Origin: an uncultured Alphaproteobacteria bacterium
GTDB lineage: Bacteria > Pseudomonadota > Alphaproteobacteria > MPNO01 > UBA2964
Assembly (NCBI GenBank): GCA_951812775.1
Contig: OX638326.1
Coordinates: 216,151-280,150 of the forward strand
Reading direction: 5' to 3'
Length of the DNA: 64,000 nt
The notes below the pieces were generated by a model that was not told where the DNA came from, searched no databases, and worked only from the letters and a program-made list of their open reading frames with translations. This document shows positions 52,712 through 62,051 of this stretch, in pieces. The first letter of the stretch is position 1; each line of letters begins with the position of its first letter. The position numbers were made by a program, and so were the translations under genes.

Positions 52712-52965
52712 GTTGCGTTTTTTGTCTTCTTGCGCATGAGCGGGTAGGGAAACAGAAAAAACCGCCCCTATAGTTAGGGCTAGAAAAAGTGCTTTCGATA
52801 GGATTCTAGATATCGCGAATAACCATCACTTTGCGGACCATGGAACGCATATCAACCACTGAATGGTTCAATCTGCCAAAGGCCGGATATCAATGAAACT
52901 ACCAAAGTTTGCGCCAATTCCCGTCGAAATGAGGTTATCGAATGCTGGTTAACGGAGAGTTTATT

Positions 52966-53789
52966 TTAAAAGCGATAGCCATAACGAACACCCACAGTTT
53001 CGAGACCTTCATTGGCATCGCATATGTTTGCGTTTGAAATATGGCCAAAAAAGCCTGAAATACTGTGCCGTTCTTTAAATATATAACCTAGCTCCAGAAA
53101 ATATATAACCTAGCTCCAGAGATTCTCTGAAAAGAACTCTGCAACCAAGTTTTTTGCGATCAATGCGTGTCGTCGTCTTCTTAGCGGCATGAATGGATCC
53201 GCCAAGGCTAAAGTCAATGAACCAGTTTCTCCAGAACCGCCATTCCCAGGTTAAGCCCATATAAGCTTGGCTGGTATCACCTGATGAATTCACCGAGAGA
53301 CCAAGATGAGGCCGTGGCGCCCAGATCTTTTGCAGCCAGGAAGGAGATCTAAAGAGAATTTCAAAGTTTCCATCGAACCCGTCTTCCTCATTGCGTGAAA
53401 AGGGTCCGATGTCATGAGCCAGAAAACCCACGCGAATTTCAGAAATCAGACCTTTTTCTTGTCTCGGAACGGCGGCAACGGCAGCTTTTGGTGCTGTTGT
53501 GACCGGGAGTCTATCGGATACGGATTTTTGAATGGCCGGACGCGGAATAGCGCGTGCCGGTGTTGTAAAACCGGGAAATTCGGGCGGGTGCTCTAATGCT
53601 TCTTGTCGGCACGGCAACTGACGGCGCTGTTGCAAAATAAGGGTCACTTGCCTGGCCCGCAAAAGGGTGAGGCTGATCTAATAAGACATTGATATCATAT
53701 CCACGCGTTCCGGCTTGCGTAGAACCGGAAGCCATCAAAATGAGTCCTGCTGCAAAGATGTTAAGTTTGGCCGACGCTTTTGCGATCAC
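52966..53789 (-). pseudogene. Acyloxyacyl hydrolase / lipid A 3-O-deacylase (PagL-like) outer-membrane protein, disrupted twice
   Basis: The core EIRVGFLAHDIGPFSRNEEDGFDGNFEILF...PRPHLGLSVNSSGDTSQAYMGLTWEW...LGCRVLFRESLELGY matches the family. The signal peptide (MIAKASAKLNIFAAGLILMASGSTQAG) is in another frame. The C-terminus (HISNANICDANEGLETVGVRYGYRF*) is out of frame because of a 22-bp duplication. Confidence 0.8.
53077..53120. repeat. Perfect 22-bp tandem duplication (AAATATATAACCTAGCTCCAGA x2) inside the PagL-like gene
   Basis: A direct read shows 53077-53098 and 53099-53120 are identical. Confidence 0.95.
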
Positions 53790-53932
53790 GATGTCATCCG
53801 CTTATTTCGAAATTCTTACAGATTTATAATGATCCACTTTCCTGTACACATTGTCTATCATTTAGCGTCCAATTCTGACCGTTTTGAAACGAGAAAGATT
53901 GGCGTCTGGGTGACAAAACGTTAGTATCAGCT

Positions 53933-54112
53933 ATGGTTGAGAATTCATCAGAACAAGAATCCGACGTCGGATCAAGCAAAGAACGCAAGACGGAGTATAT
54001 TGTGCTTGCAGTTTTGTTCTTTGCCGCACTGATGGCCTTCCCGGCGTTTCGGGATGTGCAGCTTATGCAGGATTTCTTTATTTCAATCTGCTCCGGGCTA
54101 GGCTTGACCTAA
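53933..54112 (+). CDS. Hypothetical 59-aa membrane peptide
   Basis: I translated it by hand (MVENSSEQESDVGSSKERKTEYIVLAVLFFAALMAFPAFRD...). It has one TM helix and is below the track length cut-off. There is no other support. Confidence 0.2.
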   Translation: MVENSSEQESDVGSSKERKTEYIVLAVLFFAALMAFPAFRDVQLMQDFFISICSGLGLT

Positions 54113-54135
54113 CCCGGATCTAGCATATCTTTTGA

Positions 54136-55245
54136 TTAGAAGTTCACAACACTTCTAATCGACTCTCCCTCATGCATTAGATGAAATGCGTCATTGATGT
54201 CTTCAAGCGGCATCGTATGTGTAATCAAATCATCAATGTTGATCTTCCCATCCATGTACCAATCAACAATTTGCGGCACTTGCGTCCGGCTTTTCGCACC
54301 GCCAAAGGCTGTACCTTTCCATACGCGTCCGGTAACCAGCTGAAACGGCCTTGTAGAGATTTCTTGGCCGGCACCGGCGACCCCAATGATGACGCTCACT
54401 CCCCAGCCACGATGGCAACATTCCAGAGCCTGACGCATCGTATTGACGTTACCAATACATTCGAAACTGTAATCCGCGCCGCCATCGGTAATATCCACAA
54501 GATAAGCAATCAAATCATCTTCCACCTCGCTGGGGTTGACGAAATGTGTCATGCCGAACTTTTCAGCAAGCGGCTTCTTTTTGGCATTCAGATCAACACC
54601 AATAATCTTGTTTGCGCCTGCCAATCGAGCGCCTTGGATAACATTGAGGCCGATACCCCCAAGTCCAAAGACAACAACATTTGCACCGGGCTCAACCTTG
54701 GCAGTGTTGATAACAGCACCAATGCCCGTTGTTACGCCGCAACCGATGTAACAAACCTTCTCAAAAGGCGCATCTTCACGAATTTTAGCAGCCGCGATTT
54801 CCGGCATGACAGTAAAATTCGAAAAAGTCGATGTGCCCATATAATGAAATAGGGGTTTTCCGTTCAGTGAAAATCGGCTGGAACCATCCGGCATAATTCC
54901 TTGGCCCTGTGTATCCCGGATCGCTGTACACAGATTGGTTTTCCCAGAGAGACACGATTTGCACTGGCGGCATTCAGGGATATAGAGAGGAATGACGTGG
55001 TCGCCTTTTTTGAGCGAGGTCACGTTTTTGGCAACATCAACAACCACACCGGCCCCTTCGTGTCCTAGAATTGCCGGAAACAGACCCTCAGGATCGTCAC
55101 CCGATAAGGTAAAGGCATCAGTGTGGCATATACCGGTCGACTTAATTTCGACCAGGATCTCACCTTCCTTTGGTCCATCAAGCTGAACTGTTTCAACCGT
55201 AAGCGGTTTTCCCGCTGCGTGCGCGACGGCAGCACGAACATCCAT
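54136..55245 (-). CDS. frmA: S-(hydroxymethyl)glutathione dehydrogenase / class III alcohol dehydrogenase
   Basis: [31 protein letters not shown] is present, with a 369-aa Zn-ADH architecture. Confidence 0.93.
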   Translation of the reverse strand: MDVRAAVAHAAGKPLTVETVQLDGPKEGEILVEIKSTGICHTDAFTLSGDDPEGLFPAILGHEGAGVVVDVAKNVTSLKKGDHVIPLYIPECRQCKSCLSGKTNLCTAIRDTQGQGIMPDGSSRFSLNGKPLFHYMGTSTFSNFTVMPEIAAAKIREDAPFEKVCYIGCGVTTGIGAVINTAKVEPGANVVVFGLGGIGLNVIQGARLAGANKIIGVDLNAKKKPLAEKFGMTHFVNPSEVEDDLIAYLVDITDGGADYSFECIGNVNTMRQALECCHRGWGVSVIIGVAGAGQEISTRPFQLVTGRVWKGTAFGGAKSRTQVPQIVDWYMDGKINIDDLITHTMPLEDINDAFHLMHEGESIRSVVNF

Positions 55246-55338
55246 GTGATTTCCCTCCCAAAACGAATACGCAATGGCCTATGTTTTCAAGCCAAACGAA
55301 ACAGTGCAAGAGGAAGATGAAATTTGTTGAAAATTTCT

Positions 55339-56272
55339 CTAGCGGGCGGCCACGGTTTTAATAATATCCTCAGCCAGGCCTTTGGTGGTTTCTGTTGGAA
55401 AGAGGGAAGCTCTGATCGCCATTCCAAGATGTTTCAGAACTTCAAGATCATGTTCACTTGGTGAGGCGCCTGAAGCGCGCATTTTCGTCACGACGCCAAC
55501 ACACGCACGGCAAAGCTCGGCAACGTGATATAAACCATTTTCGCCAGCTCGCCGGTCCATTGCATTTACGAGCGCCGTCAAGCGCTCGACCTGAGGATGG
55601 ATGCGCGCCAACCCGTCTGGCTGGCTGGCTGGTAAGCTCAGATATAGAATCGGCCAAAGCAGCAATAATTTCGGCATGTCGGTCAATTTTTCTGGTGTTG
55701 ATGGAGCCAACGGCGGAGGCCAGATTCTTCTCAAATCGACGAGGGTCCCATTGCCCAAGGGCTTTTTCTTTTAAAGAATTGGGAACATCCACAAGCGGAA
55801 AATCTTTCCCAGGACGCGTTAGCTTGCGTCGGTCCGGTCCAACATAATCCGCGGTTACAATGAAGGGCAGTCGATGACTGACCATCGATGAAACGCGGCT
55901 TAAGATTTGCTGCGGTGAAAGAGGTGCCGTAACCAGATGGTCAACGCCGCAATTGATCATGCGGATAACATCCTGTGCTTCTGCTTCCCAGGAAATGCCA
56001 ATTACACAAAGAAACGGGTTCTTTCCAAGGTCGTTGTGGCGGACATGTGAGATGAAATCGATAATTTCTCCATCTCCAAGTCCCATGTCGCAGATTAGAA
56101 TATCGGGACCGATGGAGTGTTCCATCGCATCGGTAACGCCGTTGAGTGTCCCGGTGTGTTCTATGTTTTCCAGACCGGCATGGGAAAGGACGACCTTCAG
56201 CGTACTGCGTATGTGTGTTCGCGGATCGGCGAGCATCACCTGCACATCGTTATATTTGATATCTGCCGCCAT
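55339..56272 (-). pseudogene. Response regulator (CheY-like receiver plus uncharacterised C-terminal domain), out of frame at a (CCAG)4 tract
   Basis: The receiver is in ORF 55454..56272 (VMLADP...ILICDMGLGDG...VTAPLS). The C-terminal domain is in ORF 55339..55758 in the +1 frame. The frames meet at the CTGG x4 tract, 55617-55632. Confidence 0.7.
55617..55632. repeat. Tetranucleotide tract (CTGG)4 on + strand, (CCAG)4 in the coding sense
   Basis: Direct read: gt-ctgg-ctgg-ctgg-ctgg-taag. Confidence 0.95.
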
Positions 56273-56357
56273 CGGAGTATTTCAATCAAGATTTCGGTAG
56301 GTATGACGATCCACTATGCATCTGAAATCTTTAGAATTTATAAACAATAACAAAACC

Positions 56358-57650
56358 TTAAAGCGCGCTGTAGAGCAGGGAACAAGCGATAATAGCGCCG
56401 ATTATGCCAAAGAGATCAGCAGTAAGTGCCGCAGCCAATGCGTGGCGGACGCGTTTGATTTGTACTGCGCCGAAATATACTGCCAGGACATAAAATGTTG
56501 TTTCCGTAGATCCCTGCAAGGTACTAACCAGATAACCAGTGTAGCTATCGGGGCCAATCGAAGGATCCTGTATAATTGACGCCAATATGCCATAGGCGCC
56601 AGAGCCAGAAAGAGGGCGGAGCAATGCCATCGGTAAGGCTTCCCCGGGAAGCCCAAACGCGCTGGTAACCGGGCCGACCCAACCAACGAATAAATCAAGC
56701 GCCCCGCTGGCACGTAGCATGCCGACGGCAACGAGGATCGCCACGAGATAGGGAATTATCCTTACAGCCACCTGAAACCCGTCTCGAGCCCCTTCGACAA
56801 AGGATTCGTAGACCGGAACGCGCCGGACCAGGCCAAAGGTCAGGAGCCCGATCATCAATCCTGGAATAATCCAGGGCGCAATAATCTTTCCATAGATGAT
56901 CGTAATCGGAACAAAGGCAGCGATTGAGCAGAGAGCAAGGGCAGAAACCCACCAGGGATAACCGCTATCGCTGATATCATCTTCAAGACCACCACCTGCC
57001 GTCTCAAGTTCACCTGAAATATCTTCTGTGGCCGGGGGAGGTTCTGAAAATCGGCGATAGAATTTGACGGCGATAAACGCGACGGTGGTAGACAAAATCG
57101 TCGCAAATAATGTCGTCGGTAGGATCCCTGCGGGGTCTGTTGAACCCGTCGCCGCGCGTAAGGCGATAACACCCGTTGGTAACAGCGTCACACTCGACGT
57201 ATTAATCGCCAAAAACAGCACCATGGCATCTGTCGCCGTGCCCTTGTGGGGATTAATTTTATCCAGCTCCTGCATGGCTCGAATGCCAAACGGCGTTGCG
57301 GCGTTCCCAAGGCCGAGCGCATTGGCAGAAATATTCATGATCATCGCTCCCATAGCCGGATGATTGGCAGGCACATCCGGGAAAGCGCGGACCATGAGCG
57401 GGCGAACAAGTTTGGCGATTATGGCCAGCAAACCGCCAGCCTCCGCGACCTTCATTAAGCCCAGAAAAAGGGCCATAACGCCGATAAGTCCAAGGGCGAG
57501 CGTCACAGAACTTGCAGCGGAATCGATCATTCCGACGCCAAGCTGCTGCATCGGTGACACTGCCTTATCTGTCGCCGGTATCCAGAAAATCTGGCGCCAG
57601 GCGGTGACACTAAAGGCAATAGCAACCAATCCAACAAAGACGATGTTCAT
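56358..57650 (-). CDS. Nucleoside-recognition (Gate) domain membrane protein, SpmA/SpmB-like fusion
   Basis: The 430-aa polytopic membrane protein has two halves resembling SpmA and SpmB Gate domains. The call is by pattern only. Confidence 0.55.
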   Translation of the reverse strand: MNIVFVGLVAIAFSVTAWRQIFWIPATDKAVSPMQQLGVGMIDSAASSVTLALGLIGVMALFLGLMKVAEAGGLLAIIAKLVRPLMVRAFPDVPANHPAMGAMIMNISANALGLGNAATPFGIRAMQELDKINPHKGTATDAMVLFLAINTSSVTLLPTGVIALRAATGSTDPAGILPTTLFATILSTTVAFIAVKFYRRFSEPPPATEDISGELETAGGGLEDDISDSGYPWWVSALALCSIAAFVPITIIYGKIIAPWIIPGLMIGLLTFGLVRRVPVYESFVEGARDGFQVAVRIIPYLVAILVAVGMLRASGALDLFVGWVGPVTSAFGLPGEALPMALLRPLSGSGAYGILASIIQDPSIGPDSYTGYLVSTLQGSTETTFYVLAVYFGAVQIKRVRHALAAALTADLFGIIGAIIACSLLYSAL

Positions 57651-57663
57651 CTTCTAACCTCGT

Positions 57664-58893
57664 CTAGTTGCGGGCTCTTACCGCCCGCGCCGTGGCAAAT
57701 ATGATGAAGGCGGCGATTGATAATAGAACTCCCGAACTGAAGAACACCCAGTCAGGTCTTCCCAAATCCACAAACCAGCCATAAATCGCTGGCGTGATTG
57801 CTGCACCGGTATCAAGTCCACCATAAACAAACCCGAAAACTCGACCACTTGCTCCCTTGGGAGTCGAGGCACGAACAACCATGTCCCGATTAGGCAGAGC
57901 CGTGCCAAAGAATATACCAGCCAGGAAAAACTGGAATGTCAGAATTAACCCGGAAAGTTCGAGGACTGGCACCAAGAAAATCAATATGCCAGCTACAATA
58001 ATGCATATGAGGGCCACGACGTCTTGATGTTTGATTTTATCCGCGGCATATCCGCCAAAAAATATTCCAATTGGAGCGCCAATTAAAAAACCTGTAAGGG
58101 CGCCACTCGCGCTAACCAGATCAAACCCGCGCCCGGCGACCAGGGCTGTCGGTGTAAAGTTCTGCATGCCGATGAGCCCCATGGCGAGGATCGTAAAGAA
58201 CAGAAAAAAGGCTATGATTGAGGGTCGCAACAAAACGGCGATTGATGTCGAACTGACTTCCTTCTGTGTCGTTTCATCTTTCTTTGTTTGGGTCTCTTCC
58301 TGAGACTGACTTCCTTCGAAAAGTTTCGCACCGCCAATCACCAGAACGATTGTCAGCACAACGCCAACCAGACCTACAGCCATTGCGGCATCCCGCCAAC
58401 CGAAGGAAGCTGCAAGCAGAGCCATAACAGCAGGGCCTAACGCAAATCCAAAATGGCCTCCATTGGTGTGGTAGCTGAACGCACGTCCCATCAAATGAGG
58501 GCTGATAAGATTGTTCATCAGGCTGTAATCAGCTGGGTGAAAAACGCTATTTCCCATACCGGCGAGAAAGGTGAGAATCAAAAACATCTCATAGTTCGGC
58601 GCAAGAGAGTAGCCTGTGACCGCCAAGGAGAGCATCCCAAGCCCACCCAGCAAGATTGGCCGCGCGCCAAATCGGTCGACCAAAAAACCAGCAGGAGTCT
58701 GAAACAGGGCTGAAGCGATAAAGAAAACGGTGACCAAAAACCCCAACTCAACATTGGTAAGACCCATCTCGACTTTGATAAGAGGAAAGACCGGCGCGAG
58801 GGTCAGCTGATAAAAATGGCTAAATAGATGAACGACGCTGATTACGCTGATCAGCCTGACGTCCTTCCTCGTTGCACTGACCACACTGGTCAT
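57664..58893 (-). CDS. MFS transporter (paralogue 2 of a tandem pair)
   Basis: It has 12 TM helices and an MFS loop motif (GFLVDRFGARPIL). It is clearly paralogous to the upstream gene. Confidence 0.85.
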   Translation of the reverse strand: MTSVVSATRKDVRLISVISVVHLFSHFYQLTLAPVFPLIKVEMGLTNVELGFLVTVFFIASALFQTPAGFLVDRFGARPILLGGLGMLSLAVTGYSLAPNYEMFLILTFLAGMGNSVFHPADYSLMNNLISPHLMGRAFSYHTNGGHFGFALGPAVMALLAASFGWRDAAMAVGLVGVVLTIVLVIGGAKLFEGSQSQEETQTKKDETTQKEVSSTSIAVLLRPSIIAFFLFFTILAMGLIGMQNFTPTALVAGRGFDLVSASGALTGFLIGAPIGIFFGGYAADKIKHQDVVALICIIVAGILIFLVPVLELSGLILTFQFFLAGIFFGTALPNRDMVVRASTPKGASGRVFGFVYGGLDTGAAITPAIYGWFVDLGRPDWVFFSSGVLLSIAAFIIFATARAVRARN

Positions 58894-60104
58894 GCTGCTA
58901 TCGGTTTCTTCTTCGCCGTAACTTTGGCTAACAGTACGCTTGCCACACCAATCATCATAAACACGCCTACCAAAATAAAGACGAGTTGTGATTGACCACC
59001 TCCCAACAGGAAGCCAAAGACAGCAACGGCGACAGCCGAACCAACATCCATTCCTGAATAGGTAAAGCCAAAGATTTTGCCGGCGGCACCGGAGGGCGCC
59101 ACTGAACGGACCACCATGTCACGCGAGGGCTGTGCCATGCCGTACGCAAATCCATAAACGACAAATATTGTAATCAGAAGCGCCAGGTTCTCTGGTTGAA
59201 AAGCCGGAACGGTCCAGAGGAGTAGAACCCCAAGGGTCACAATACCCGCCGTCGCCATATCGTGGCGAACGATACGGTCGGCGACGATACCACCGACCAG
59301 AATTCCGCAAAGTGACCCGGTGAGCTGCAATGAAATCGTTGAGCTTGCCGTTTCGCGCGATAGATCAAGAAAGGCGGTAAGGGCATCGGGACCAAGTGTC
59401 ATCAACCCAACAGATCCCATGGCCATAAAGCAGAAAAACAGGAACGAAAATATTGTTGCTGGCTGGAACAGAATGCCAATGCCCTCCCGAACTGAGCCGG
59501 CACTTACGCCTTTATCGAGACCACTATCACGAAGATCGGTTCGCTGGGTCCACATTAACCCGGCGACAACAACACCGATGATGCCAATGATCAACATCGT
59601 TTCCCGCCATCCAAAGGTCGTCCCCATAAGGTACATGGAGTAGGGGGTGATGGCGTAGCCGATGAGCCCGCCGAAGCCATGAACGCCGTAGGCTTTACCA
59701 ACATTTTTCTCAGTAATACTGCCATTTAGAATACTGTAATTTGCTGGATGAAAAACGCTATTGCCGAGCCCTGCCAGAAACGACAATACCAACATGGCCA
59801 AATAGGAATGTACGAAGGCAAAGGCCGCAATAGACATCGCCATCAGGAAGAAACCAACGAACAAAATTGGGCGCGCCCCGTACTTGTCGACCATAAAGCC
59901 GGCAATAATTTGTCCGACGGCCGAAACCACAAAGAAAACCGAGGTCAAGATTGCCAGCTTAGCGATGCTGAAACCTTCTTGAACGGTGATCAAAAAAAAC
60001 AAGTTGGGCAATGCCAGTTGATAAACATGGCTCAAACAATGGCCTGTCGATATCAGGCTGATAACTTTTAAATCACTCGCAGGAGCGGTCGCTGCTGTCG
60101 CCAT
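58890..60104 (-). CDS. MFS transporter (paralogue 1 of a tandem pair)
   Basis: It has 12 TM helices and the motif GFMVDKYGARPIL. A 4-nt ATGA overlap links it to the downstream paralogue. Confidence 0.85.
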   Translation of the reverse strand: MATAATAPASDLKVISLISTGHCLSHVYQLALPNLFFLITVQEGFSIAKLAILTSVFFVVSAVGQIIAGFMVDKYGARPILFVGFFLMAMSIAAFAFVHSYLAMLVLSFLAGLGNSVFHPANYSILNGSITEKNVGKAYGVHGFGGLIGYAITPYSMYLMGTTFGWRETMLIIGIIGVVVAGLMWTQRTDLRDSGLDKGVSAGSVREGIGILFQPATIFSFLFFCFMAMGSVGLMTLGPDALTAFLDLSRETASSTISLQLTGSLCGILVGGIVADRIVRHDMATAGIVTLGVLLLWTVPAFQPENLALLITIFVVYGFAYGMAQPSRDMVVRSVAPSGAAGKIFGFTYSGMDVGSAVAVAVFGFLLGGGQSQLVFILVGVFMMIGVASVLLAKVTAKKKPIAA

Positions 60105-60199
60105 TATAAACTCTGAACAGGAGAAGAGATGAGAACGGGTTATACATAAACTAGCATGGCAACAGAGTTGTGATCACCATCTAAACAAATGTTGAATTT

Positions 60200-61130
60200 T
60201 CAGTACCCCCGGACGGGGTCAATGAGATTCAGGAGCGGACGACCGTCCAAGCTTCGACGTATCGTATCAGCAATAACAGCGGAAGCACTCTCATAGTTTA
60301 CCAAGGCCGCGACATGGGGCGTGATAGATACTTTGGGATGAGACCAGAGAGAATTTTCCTTCGGAAGCGGTTCGTTCTCAAAAACGTCGAGGGCGGCGCT
60401 GGCGATGTGATTGCTCTCCAACAACTTCAACAAATCAGTCTCGACGAGATGGCCACCTTGAGCCGCATTAATGATAAAGGCGCCCTCAGGGAGTTTACGC
60501 ATATTCTCTTCGTTTAATATCCCGCGCGTGTCGGTCGTCAATGGAAGTAGACAAATAACAATTTCGGACTGGGCAAGAAATAGATCAAAACCTTGCTTGC
60601 CATAGAAACAGCCAACTTTGTTTAATGTTTTTTTCCGGCGGCTCCAGCCCACCACGTCAAACCCCAAACCGACCAAGGCTTCAGCACATGCTGCTCCGAG
60701 GGCACCAAGACCCATAAATGCCTACGGTCCGCTTAAAGGGCATCGTTTGGTCTTGCTCGATCCAAAGTGATTTCTGTTGTTGCTCTTCGTATTCCGAAAA
60801 ACGGCGATGAAATTTCAAAACGTTATAGAGAACGTATTCGACCATGCCTGTTCTTAGAGCCGGATCACCCAGCCTAACGATCGGGACGCTGGGCGGACGA
60901 TCCTTCAGGGCTAGAATGTGATCAACACCTGCGCCGAGCGATAAAAATGCCCGGATATTTGGAAACTGGGTTAAATCGGTGTTCCACTTTCCCCAAAGCA
61001 GAACGAATTTGACATCTTCGGGCTCGGTTACATCCGGCCATAGATGAATAGCCAAATCTGGGATTTCTGCCTTTATAGCCTTAACCCATGGCTCCGATGG
61101 AATATCTACAAAGGCAAAGATCAAAGACAC
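60200..61130 (-). pseudogene. ghrA: Glyoxylate/hydroxypyruvate reductase A-like 2-hydroxyacid dehydrogenase, frameshifted in the NAD-binding loop
   Basis: Both halves are collinear with E. coli GhrA as I recall it (...FKRTVGI / GLGALGAACAEAL...ITPHVAA...VRGY*). The frames meet at the TTT run (AAA on + strand, 60716-60718). Removing one T gives TVGIMGLGALG. Confidence 0.75.
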
Positions 61131-61234
61131 GGTAACGCTCTGGTTTGTTGACAGTTGACTTGTTCAAAAGGGTGCGGCAAGTCTGGCTAAGCGTCAATCT
61201 TGAGAAATTGCGCGACGAAATAAGGAAGCACAGC

Positions 61235-62035
61235 GTGAAAGTAGGAATTGCCGGGTACGGCGCGATAGGCAAAGTCGTTGGTGAAGCCTTGGACAAGGGA
61301 ATCGATGGCCTTGAACTCGCCGCGATCTGTGTTCGCGACGTCGAGCGCGGTGAAGCACGAATGGCCGATCTGTCGAATCCAGTACCAATTCTGTCGCCCG
61401 AAGAACTCGCAGAAACCTGCGATATAATTGTCGAATGCGTGCCCAAGGAAGCCTTCAATACATTCGCGATTCCGGCGCTCAATGCGGGACGGTTGTTTGT
61501 TACCGTGAGCGCTGCAGGTATCCTGGCTAATCCGGATACCGTTGAACTCGCCAATACAGGGGGCGGGCGCATAATTCTCGCGACAGGCGCGCTCCTGGGA
61601 CTTGATGCGGTCCGTGCCGCTGCGGAAGGCACGATCGAAGAAGTCGTGATGATTACCCGCAAGCCGCCAAATGCGTTAATCGGCGCGCCGCATCTCGTTG
61701 ACAACGATATTTCAGTTGAAGGGCTGAACGAACCCAAGAAAGTATTTTATGGCTCAGCTCGCGATGGGGCAGCCGGTTTCCCGGCCAACGTAAATGTCGC
61801 CGCCGCGCTGGGGCTTGCTGGAATTGGTCCGGACAGAACAAAACTTGAAATCTGGGCTGATCCCAATCTTACGCGAAATACCCATTCAATCCGGGCTGTT
61901 TCCGATAGCGCCTCTTTCGAAATGAGTATTGAGAATGTGCAGTCGGAAGAAAAACCCGGCACCGGAAAAATTACCGCTTTAAGTGTTATTGCCTGTCTTC
62001 GGGGACTGGTTTCCCCGCTTAAGGTCGGCACCTGA
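61235..62035 (+). CDS. L-aspartate dehydrogenase family protein (NadX-like)
   Basis: VKVGIAGYGAIGKVV Rossmann N-terminus and a C-terminal ...NTHSIRAVSDSASFEMSIENVQSEEKPGTGKITALSVIACL are present. The GTG at 61235 has an AAGGAAG RBS and gives the usual length of about 266 aa. Confidence 0.7.
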   Translation: MKVGIAGYGAIGKVVGEALDKGIDGLELAAICVRDVERGEARMADLSNPVPILSPEELAETCDIIVECVPKEAFNTFAIPALNAGRLFVTVSAAGILANPDTVELANTGGGRIILATGALLGLDAVRAAAEGTIEEVVMITRKPPNALIGAPHLVDNDISVEGLNEPKKVFYGSARDGAAGFPANVNVAAALGLAGIGPDRTKLEIWADPNLTRNTHSIRAVSDSASFEMSIENVQSEEKPGTGKITALSVIACLRGLVSPLKVGT

Positions 62036-62051
62036 ACCAAGGAGAGATCGA

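Noticed and set aside
61081-61737. 218-aa minus-strand ORF
   Set aside because: It is a low-complexity Ser/Ala/Arg/Pro-rich translation antisense to the aspartate-dehydrogenase-like gene, which has clear family features. It is a typical GC-skewed shadow ORF.
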